NCBI RefSeq assembly: GCF_018977255.1
Contig: NW_024704743.1
Location: 37,388,001-37,452,000 of the forward strand
Reading direction: 5' to 3'
DNA length: 64,000 nt
Origin: Callorhinchus milii
Taxonomy: Eukaryota
This document shows positions 53,966 through 64,000 of this stretch, piece by piece (positions within the stretch are counted from its first letter, which is position 1; each line of letters opens with the position of its first letter). A program made the translations under genes and the position numbers. The notes beneath the pieces were generated by a model. The model was not told the DNA's origin, made no database searches, and saw only the letters and a list, made by a program, of their open reading frames with translations.

Positions 53966-54967
53966 CTTTTTTTTTTACCATTCTCAGAATCTAATATAGA
54001 AACCTTAAGTTGCTTTTATAGAATTACATAGAATATTTCATTATAGAAACAGTCCATTCAGCCCAAACAGTCAGTGATTGGGACGGTATCCTGCATGAGG
54101 GGTGCTATATAAACACAAGTTGTTGTTGTTGTGATGGTGTTTATACTGCACATAAACCTCATTCCCTCCAAATCTTCTCTCCCATAGTTTTCTATTTCCT
54201 CCCCGTTCATGTATGCTTTCAGATTGATATTCGTTCTGTTTATTCGTCTCATTTAATTAGCTCTCATAAATGGCTTCATTGGTAAAGCCACTGTCCATTG
54301 TGAATAGATCATATAAACTACGAAGGAACCAGGTCCAATCCCCAATCTATGCTGAGGAAGCTGATCTCCCCCGGGGCTGCGGTGGGGTGCTACAGTTGAC
54401 CTCATTGCTGCTGAGCTAGGCAGGGGGAAAATCTGCTCCTGATTGCTACCCACAGTCGCTGCTCGAAACTACACGAGTACGGCCAGGATAGGGCACATCT
54501 GTGATACTCTTCTACAGTCGAATAACTTTCTGATACTTACACGTGAAAGATCAATATTTAAGCAAAATATTCTAGGGATAAGTAAGAGTCCTCAGGAGAG
54601 GACAGAGGTGGGGTGGGGGGGGCAGAAAAAGAGAAAGCAAACATGACTTCTTTATCAATCTTGCTTTTTCAGAGGTGTAGGTTGTATGAGATCCTAAATT
54701 GAGGCTGTATCTGCCTGTTCACGTTGACGTTAAAAATCCCCTGGTACTATTTATAAAGAGTTGGGAGTTTCTGCTGGTCTCTCCAATTTGTCATCCAGAT
54801 TTATTATTATTCATCTCATGTTTGCCAATAAAAACAGTCACTATGTTTGAGACTAATTGCTATGAAGCACATTGAGACTTGATAAGGTGCTATAGAGTTG
54901 CAAGTTCTTTAATTAAATTTCCAATCAACTTTTTACATTATTAATATGAATTAATTTTTATTTTAAG

Positions 54968-55013
54968 GCCATCCAGCAGTTTCCTCTGCATATCAAAAAA
55001 CTGCAGCAAATAA
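54968..55013 (+). CDS. Possible last coding exon (PSSSFLCISKNCSK*); exon runs to a donor at 55038
   Basis: ttttaag| acceptor; TAA at 55011 in the phase-2 frame; AAG|gtacag donor 25 nt later; the phase-0 frame is also open. Confidence 0.5.
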
Positions 55014-57949
55014 GGAGAAGTAACATTAGCGAAAGAAGGTACAGTACATTAAATCTTAATTGAAACTATTAACCCATTATTAGTTAACTTAGCATAAGAT
55101 ACACATGAAGCTAGAATAAGTGTTTCAAAACATAGCTGGTAAATTGGGAAACGTAATTCAAAAAAGTCCTGTCATTTTGACTTGGAAGTTTTACTTGAGG
55201 ATGAGATTTCCTCATTTATAATATTTGCTTTCTGCTCCCTTCTTTGGTTCTGCCAAAGCTATTTTTATTGTCCTGTTTTGCAATAGATCAGCTGTGGCTG
55301 GAGCTCATAATATATGGAGAGGACACCCTGAAACAGCCTGCAAGGAGTAATGTGTTGGTAACTGCAGCATGATGCTGACGAGCTAATGGAACGCTCCTCT
55401 TTTAGAACAAGTTTAAAGCGTGTACAAACCCTTTGCTTCTCTTAAACACCTAAAAAAAGTGCTCTCCACTGCCTGCTGTGGATTTTCTTGTCTGTAATTT
55501 TCTGAACTCGATTTATACAGCATATACTCCCTGACAAGTCACTTGCTGAACTACTGTTCAGACACGTTTCCATGATAACTTGAGGTAGTCGAACTCCTGA
55601 GTTAGTGAGGAATTTTGGAAAATCTTTTTTAAAAGACACCTTTAACAAATTGTAGTCTTTGCCAAGTTGTGCTTATGCTACAGACACCACATCTGATGGA
55701 AAGCTAAGCAGGATCCTACCTGCTCAGTAATTTGGATTCTGTTTTGTTTACAACATGATATACCTGCTGGAGGTGGTTGGTGTCCAGTTGTTGTGCTAGC
55801 ACATGTCGGTGCTTGTATTTCACAATGAAATCCCAACCCCCTAACTAAATCTGTCTGACCACAGACTCCGTAATAGTGGAGCCCTGGCCAAGCCAAGATG
55901 AGCCTCTCCAAGGCCTCCAACATTGCTGATCTGACCCACCTGCTGGGAGGTGTTTTAGAGATGTTTTAGGACAGACCTGTCCCTTTGCATCCGTTTTTTC
56001 TCCCATCTTCTCACAGCGGTCTAGATTATGTAGTGGACGAGGTAGGGGACTGACTCAGCACTACGCGTTACAGGCCAGAAGTTCACAGATTCAAATCACT
56101 GTTTTGCACTGAGTTTGCTGATATCACCTGTGACACAAGTTGGGATGCTAAACTTGGCTTCAATATGCTCCGTCGCTTAGGAAATGGGAGAAAATAAGCC
56201 TCCGTTCCTACAATCCAGAGACAGTAATGGCTGTGTGTTTGTGTTTGCATGTCGAGTGAGGACAAGATCAGATTTGGATATGATGCCCAATGCAGTTTGA
56301 GTAGTCTGACAACTCTCTCTGTTAAGACTCATACAGTAACAATGGGTTTTTGGTTGGGAGAAGAACTGAAGGATGCCAGGCCCTAGGGAAAAATGAGTCA
56401 AATGTCTTCTGGAAAGGCCTGAAGCAAATTGGCAAGAAGAAAAAAAACATAAATTTCTTCTCACAAGTACATTGTAACATTGTCAACGATATTTTGCAGT
56501 GTTTGTGGGGATAGAGAATGCTTCAGACTAAATGCAGCATTAAATGAGTTTGTTTCGTCATCACCACCAGTACTTATTCTGAATGCCAAAAGCCAGTACG
56601 TATATCAGTCGGTGAGGTTTCTGGATGCTATACTAAAGCTATTTGATTCTTTTAGTTTCAGGGCTATGGATGACTTTTTTCACAAAATATTTATGAGGTG
56701 AATGGAGGCGTATGTCATGTGCATTATGGAAAAAAACAGCCAGCAGACAAGTGACTCCTGCTGCTCTGGTGATTTTCAATTTAATTTATTCTGATGAATT
56801 AATGTATGAAGGTTTGTCCATTGCAGCTACTGTCACCTCTGTCATGCAGTGGAAGAGATTGTGAGCGCTGTAATTTTCCATTCTTTTTTTTGGTGGAGCT
56901 TAAAGGAGCAAGGGTGCAGTGTTCCCTAATACATGGCTGTATATTCTAGAAACAATCCTAAAGGATTAAGGCTGTTCCTTTGCCTGGAACATTCCTTAAA
57001 ATTAGTGATGCGATTGTAAAAGCTAAATAATGTGATTAATTGAAAGGTAGTTTTATTAAACTTTTTGACTCCCCCTCTATAAGATACAATATCATTTACA
57101 TTTATGCTGTGCCTTTCATAGTAGGAGGACATCGCAAATCAAATTTGTGTCCAAGGTGGTGGATATTGATGGTAGTGAATAGAAACCATTCTTTTCATAG
57201 CGTGTGTGTATGTGTGTGTGTGGAGGGGGGGGGGTGTCTAATATGCATTCTGGAAGTGTCTCATGCCAACCCTGTGGAATGCTCCTCAGATGCCAAGCTC
57301 CTGGCGGGAGCTACAATCCAACTCGAAGGAATAGAAAATTAGAATGGAATCTAATCGGAGTTCAAGTCAGTCTGAGACACATCCAGGCATCTGCAGGATT
57401 CAATATGAATCTGATTTTACGACTTGCCGTATATTAGACTCCAGGGGTCACATTTCTGGACTCCCAGGTGAAATGTTAGCAAAGTGTAGATTTAGTGGAA
57501 AACTCCCTCTAACTGATTAGTGCGCCTTGGTTTTTACCGCACAAAAGCTCCCTCTTCTATATTGCTATCAAAAAAAAATTCCTCCCACATGAGTAACCCT
57601 TATGGGCCTCTCCTAGTTAACGTTGCCAAATTAGTGCCATTTAGTACAAATTATGGGGAATTTTATGCTGTGGAACTGCATTCACGAGGAAGTGGGATGA
57701 GTTTGTCTAAACTCATTTCATTTTGAATCTTTAGAGGTGGAAAGAGAGAGAATACTTTGACCTGACATGACAACGAAGGCTTTAATATTCACAATCCAGA
57801 AGTAAAAGAACCGGCCCCCTTTACCTTGCTCCTTTCGTATGACCCTCCTGGGTTTTGTATTGCTTCTATCCCTTCTCCTTTTGCTGATACTTTCTCCAAT
57901 ATCTCTAACAGTGACACATAGGATTTGTTTGGGGTCAGCCGGGTGTCTC

Positions 57950-58490
57950 AAAGATGCAGAAACCCATCACCATGCTTAAGAGTATCCAAACCAAATGGAG
58001 AATTCCATGCATCCGACCTACACATGGAAATTCCAGAGTTATTTGTTGGAATGGAATGTGCACTCTCTCCCTGGAGGGACGCATCCTGCTTACCTAATTT
58101 CAGAAAGTACTAGGCACAGATTGGCAAGAGCCAAGGCTTGGGGACCCCAGTGTGTGCGATGGGGTACTGCTGGAGTTTAACCAGCTAAAACCGCAAAGCT
58201 TGGCACTCAGAGCACTGCCCGGCAAGCTATCCTGTTGCTTTCCAGCTAGGACCACCCTACCCATTAGGAATTTGGCTTGCAGGGTTAACAGGAGCTGAGT
58301 GGGATGACACCCTGCCCCCAGTGACTGTTCTGCTCTTTCAATTCCTGGCGATGAGCCAGGCTGGGCTGTGCTGTCATCAGCAGTGCCCTGGAACACTGCA
58401 GACCCATCTGGCTCAGGAACCAGAATACCGAGACCACCTGCAGAGGGCTGGCTCGATTACGACATTACGTTGCTAAGCATGTCACCTTGA
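57950..58490 (+). repeat. Family Y repeat, copy 4 (longest)
   Basis: Aligns by eye with copies 1, 2 and 5 over most of its length. Confidence 0.75.
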
Positions 58491-58699
58491 TCGCTAGTTG
58501 GTCATTTGACATCTGACCAGTACATGATACCTAGGAGTGGGGATTCCTCCTTAGCCCTTAGATTATTTTTCCAATTGGAAAGTGAAAGATCAGAAACTCA
58601 CAATGTGATGAAATGGAGCTGTGAACTAGTGTCTTACCACAAGATGACTCAGACTCTGGTCTATTAGTAACCAGCCCACAGCACCATTGCCTATTTGTT

Positions 58700-59125
58700 A
58701 AATAATAATATTCTTTGCACTTGATATAGGACCTAATCATGTCGTTGAGATGTCTCAATGTGCTTCACAGGATATACTGTAAAATGGATTGACTATGTAT
58801 TTTGTGGGTGAACGTGGTAGCCATTGCGCACAGCAAAGTCCCACAAACAGCAAGTGACCAATTTTATTTGGGGGATTGATGGCCAGGACACCAGAAGAAA
58901 TTCCCTTCTCTTTTTGAATAGTGCCATGGGATCTTTGCCCCCTGAACAGGCAGACGAGACCTCAGTTTAACGTCTCATCCAAAATATGGCACCTCCAAAA
59001 ATGCAACACCCCTAGCACTGCATTGCTGTGTCAGCTTAGACGAGATGAGGTCACGTCTCGATGTAGGATTTGAACCCACAAACGTCTGACTCAGAGGCAA
59101 GAGTGCTCCCACTGCGTCAGGCTGA
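58700..59125 (-). mobile_element. Full-length DeuSINE (SacSINE1-like)
   Basis: tRNA head gcactcttgcctctgagtcagac; Deu domain ggatgagacgttaaactgaggtctcgtctgcc...gatcccatggcactatt; L2-like tail. Partial copies at 31140-31360, 52380-52640 and 54680-54900. Confidence 0.8.
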
Positions 59126-60589
59126 CACATCTTATATTTGTAAATTCAGCATTGTTTCAAAAAATAATTGCTCCGGATGGTAAAACTAAGTATTTAGATT
59201 AAGGTGACCTGTCATTTAGCATTTAGTGTCCTTATTCAATGTTTTTTCCCTGAGAAAGGTTAAATAGGTTAGTTTCAGTCCTGCGGTGGAAAACTCCACC
59301 TAGTGGCCAGGCAGGAATCTAACATTTTAAATCGTAAATTGAGAGTTTCTGAGACTAGAAAATCCACCGCGGCAATAAAGGTTTGTCGTGATAGTTAAAC
59401 TCACACAGAACATTAGAAAACTCTTAAATTCTGTTTCATTTGGAAGCTGTTTTTTCCACAAAAAAAGTTTGTTTTTTACAACAAACTTGCATTTATATAG
59501 TATCCTTCACGCAGAGTAGTGTATCGGAGAGCTTGAGGGTGAGAGATATTTTTGTAAGGATGTTTCAAAGGGTGATTTGAACAGGGAGAGTAATGGGGCA
59601 GGTAGCAGGGAGCGTGGAGGAGAGGTTGGGGTGGTGGTAGTTTATGGAAGGGGGGAGGAGAGTTGGAAAGGGTGGGTTGTGGATGAGGGAGGAGAAGTTT
59701 GCAGGGTATAAGTGAAGCTTGCAGAGAGACTGGGGGATGGGACTGGGAGAACCCAGAACAAGTACCACAATGAACCCCGTGGAGGATACTCAGGCTGGAG
59801 CAGAAGGAGGCAGTGGAAAGGTCCAGGACGGAGAGAAGATGGGGAGGGAGATAGGAGAGAAGAGTGGGAGTAGCGAAGGGAGTGGCGGGGCATTGGGACA
59901 TTTTGGAAGGGCAGAAGCTGGGGTCAGAGGCGGCAGCCAAAACACGTATGACTAGACTAGAAGTGAAGAAATCAGAGGGCTATGGGTCAGCCCACAGGCA
60001 TGGAGGAGCTAGAGAAGACAGAGCAGGGGGAGAGAGAAGGTTGTGGACCCTGGAGATTGTGCTCATAGGCATCAGTCTAATGTTAAAAAATATTTAAGTG
60101 AGGGTTTTGTGAGAAAAGAAAGGTAGGTAAGAATTAGAAGGGAAAGGATGAAAATCTTAAAATGAATCTTAACTGGCTTTCAATTTAAGACTTTTTGGAA
60201 AGACTAGATTTAGACTGGACAATCCAAAAATACAGTCAAAAACCACTTTGCAGTGTATCCTGTGAGGCTCTTTGAGACATCTTGACGATCTGATAAGGTG
60301 CTACATCAAATGCAAGGATTATTATCCAAGAATTTTCCACGGTTCTGCACAATCTTAAAAGTTTTAAATGACCTTTTGGGTTTTAGCTGTTCTAGGGGCT
60401 TAAACTAAGCTTTTTTTTAAAAAAAGTGCTGTGATTGTGTATTTGTGTACCATCTTCCCATTACTTGAACTTTTCCTCAAAGCGCTTCACAGGACATACT
60501 GTGAAGTGGATTGACTGTGTATCTTGTGGGTGAAAGATGGTAGCCAGTTGCGCACAGCAGTGTCCTACAAACAGCCACCTTCCACCTGT

Positions 60590-61070
60590 GCCACTTACAC
60601 ATGGAAATTTCTGTGTCTGGAATGGAATGCGCTCCCACTCCCCGGAGACACACCCTTCTCACCTAACTCCACAAAGTATAAGGTGCAGGTTGGCAGGAGT
60701 GAATGCTTGAGGATCCCATTTGTACATTGTGGTACTGCTGGAGTTTAACTAGCTATAACCTAATACCTTGCTCTCATTATGAGAGCACTGTCTGGGAAGA
60801 CTTCTGGCTCTTATACTGATAGGACCACTCCACCTGTTACTGCTTTTGTGTTTCAGCACGGGAAAATTCCCTGTCCCGAGGTAGCCTACCAAGTACTGCT
60901 GACAAGCTAGGCTGGCTGTAATCAACAGTGCCCCGGAGTACTCCAGACCTGCTTGGCTCAGGGACCAGATTACTGACACCACCACCAAAGATTGACTCAA
61001 TTCCGATAGACCTTGGCCAGGCACGTCGCCTTGGAGTCAGCTCACCTCCCAAGGAGACCTCAGTTACCTC
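60590..61070 (+). repeat. Family Y repeat, copy 5
   Basis: acacatggaaatt...ggaatggaatg...ggtactgctggagtttaac...ccaaggagacctcagttacc. Confidence 0.75.
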
Positions 61071-62859
61071 CCTCCCCCCCCCCCACCCCCAGGAGAAAAG
61101 TCCCAGGTTGGTCATTAACCATTTCACACATGCAGGTTTGAGCCCTCGCTAGGTTGGTAGCAGGTACAAGGAGCTCCACGCCAGCCTTTTGACGAGCAGC
61201 ACCGCTCAGCCTGAAATGTATCAGAGCTGTTTCTAAATCGAATCCAGTGTCTTGACCTCTACAGTCAATCCTGGCAACATGTTCCAACTGTTGATTATCC
61301 CATGTAAGGACATACTTTCTGCCCTAAATTTCTCCCCATCGCATTGTATCACAATTATTGAGGTTGGACCAATGGTCTGTATTTGCCAGGTGTAAGTAAC
61401 TCTGTCACCGTTCCTGAGTATCAGAACCATCCCAGCGTTTGTTGACTCCCTCGGTATATTTTGTCCGTGCTTTAGAAATAATCCCCTTTGTTCTTCTAAG
61501 TACCAAATCAGTGTCCGTAAAAAAACAAGAGAAAGAAAAGTTATTTCAATGAATTGTACATTATGTATTTCATTCCTTTGCTCCCCCTTTTGTTTATTTG
61601 TCTCTGTGCCCAAATACAGTTCCCCACAGCGAGCGACCTATTTTCAGACTTTTGGCAAAGAGTAATAGAATATTGAATGTTTTGCCACAAGTGGCTATTC
61701 AGGCTGAGACCATAACAACATTTAAGAGGGAATTAATAAGCACCCGAAGTGGAAGAATGTAAAAGAGTACGGGGAAAGTGTTGGTAAATGGGATAGCAGC
61801 CCACCAGAGCTATGTTTGTGATAGTCACAGTCTGTTGGAGAAACAAACAGCAGCACACTCCTCTCACTATCTGCTAATGCGAGCCGCAACCACAGCAAAC
61901 TATCACCAAGAATTCTGATGCCAATATCACAAACAAAAGTTGCTTGTGGTGCACCAATGAACTATGGTAAGATTTGTGCTCTCCAGCACAGATTCCTTTG
62001 TTGCATTCTGTTTGACGATTGAACACCAGGCTGTGTTGCTATGCACATTGCAATGACAACTGTCCCCAAGGCACTTTGAGGAACTATTCATAGTACAGTA
62101 AACAGTCATCGACAAGGAGGAAACCTACCACACCAAGCCAAATTTCCATAAAAGAACTTGTAAAGGAGACTTGTGTAAATCACTCATGAAGTGGACTTTG
62201 TTACAAATGAATTATATGGTCTCCTTTATTCATGGAATAAACATTGGGTTTAACATCCTAGGGGCAGAAATTCCATTTGATGTCCTACAATACAATTTAT
62301 ATTTATATAGCAGCCTTCACGTCAGGAGGACATCTCAAAAGTTCACTTAAAGTGTCAGATGGGCACCGAGCTGGGGTTGGCAACTGAGGGGAGGGAAGAG
62401 AAGTATGACTGAAGGCATGGTCAAAGTGGTACATTTTTGAGGTGTGCTTTGAAAGGAGGGAGGGAGGGAGGAAGTCGAAGGGATTCTGGGAGGGGGAGTT
62501 CCAAAGATGAGGGCAGAATGACTCGAATCCCACCTGTCGTTGTGGGCTGGACTCAGTGGGGAAGATGAAGCATGGCGGAGCTCACTGAGCAAAGGGAAGA
62601 ACTGGGTTGGGAGGGTTGAAGGAGATCACAGAGGTAGGGTTGGACGAGATTGTGGAGGTATTTACAAAGAAAATACAGCAAGGAAACAGGCCATTCAGCC
62701 CAACAAGTTCACGCTGGTGTTTATGCTCCACGTGAATCTCCACCTACTCCTTACTCTTTCCCATACTCATCTGTTCTCCTCTCCCTCATTTGAAAGTCTA
62801 GCTTCCTCTTAAAATACATCTATACCATCTGATTCAATTACTGCTTCAGTCGGTGAGTT

Positions 62860-64000
62860 GATTGTAACGATCTTGAATTTGATATGCTGTGGAATAGGGA
62901 GCCAATGTAGTTAAGTAAGGTTGGAGGTGATAGGCTCAGGGAGCCTAGTTTGGGAAAGGATATGTGCTACAGAATTCTGGATGGTCTGCAGCTTGTGCAG
63001 GGAAGCGCTGGCGAGTATGGTGATCAGAGCATTGGTGTACTCCAGCCTAGTCTTGAGGCATGGGTGAAGGCTGAGGCGGGAGCTGGCGGCCAAGTTGGGC
63101 AATGTGTCAGAGGTGAGAGAGAGTTAGGGTCAGAGCACAGCTGTAGGGTTTGAAAAGCAGTTGGGAGTCAAACAAGACATGGTTGCATACATACTCGCTT
63201 TGCAAGCGAGAGACCTGAGTTCAATTCCAGGCAGAGCGAAAGCTTGGGCAAGTTTCCTTACTCCACACAGAGCCGAATAATAATCCCTCCAAAACCAAAA
63301 ACAATAATAAATTGGTCATTTTCAATCTACGATGGTTTGTGGGACATTGCTGTGCGCAATTGGCTGCCGCGTTCGCCCACAAATATACAGTCAATTCACT
63401 TTACAGTATATTCTGTGAAGCGTTTTGGGACGTCCTCCCGACGTGAAAAGTGCTATATCAAATGCAATGATTATTATTATTATTATTATACCAGCTGCAT
63501 GAGCTGGAGCTTGCATCTACATAGATTGATGTTGTCAGCGCCTGTGGTGAGAAGGCGCTGCTGGCAGCTAAGCAGGAGAGCCTCTCTCTTGTTGACATTC
63601 AATTGGAGAAAGTTAGAGCTCACTCAGGACTTGATGTGTAGCATGCAGTTGGTCAGAACAGTAGTGGTCTTGGGATCAAGGGTGGAGGCAGATATCCAGA
63701 TGGGTGTCATGAACTGTAAGAGTAAAACCAGGTTAGGACAGAACCCTGAAGGTGAAGCGGTGGAGAAGGATAGTGACAGTGTGGAAGCCACAGACTGAGA
63801 AGAACAAGGAAGGATGACTGATCAGGTCAGTCACAGTACTGTGAACTGGGTGAAGACTGGATTGAAGAGTTTTATGCAGGGAATGTTAGGAAAGGAAAGA
63901 GAGAAAGCAACGTCTCATTCCTGTATCTTGAAAAGGGAAGGCAGTTAGATACAACAGTAATTTGAGAACATGGAAGGGTTGAAGGAGATTTTTGGAGAAA
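62860..64000 (-). mobile_element. Degenerate L2 ORF2 fragment
   Basis: TRLEYTNALITILASASLHKLQTIQNSVAHIL motif; continues past the SINE insertion. Confidence 0.7.
63193..63489 (+). mobile_element. tRNA-Ala SINE (short subfamily, 5' clipped) inside an L2
   Basis: Highly similar to 46517-46803; (att)n tail. Confidence 0.9.

Noticed and set aside
27415..55013. Naming the + gene CCDC27 or another CCDC
   Set aside because: Only a vague remembered resemblance (SKS..TI, overall layout); not verifiable without a search
57995..58180. Similar short ORFs in family Y copies (...HRLARA..WGPQ.V.WGTAGV) as a protein family
   Set aside because: Similarity follows from nucleotide homology; frames, starts and stops differ between copies

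Overview
Vertebrate genomic DNA, most likely a cartilaginous fish such as a chimaera or shark (inferred from DeuSINE/SacSINE1-like SINEs, L2/CR1 LINEs and Penelope-type termini). It is mostly intronic and repeat-rich, and nearly all ORF-track entries are spurious. A CpG island at ~17.1-19.7 kb looks like a bidirectional promoter (RFX X-box, three perfect CRE sites, E-box, GC box, YY1-like site). It drives on + a phase-consistent ~11-exon gene for an unidentified ~405-aa coiled-coil protein (CDS 27415-55013, two GC-AG introns). On - there is a chain of splice-bounded but frame-broken segments, one resembling a decayed PIN/XPG (FAM120/asteroid-like) nuclease start and one containing a piggyBac transposase remnant. 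Structural highlights are a Penelope-type inverted terminus with an intact minimal hammerhead-ribozyme motif in the sense strand of an intron, a SINE>L2>SINE triple nest with a TSD, a non-autonomous Helitron, a Tc1/mariner MITE and an unclassified ~550-bp repeat in 5 copies. All calls were made by eye, with no database searches; repeat boundaries are approximate.
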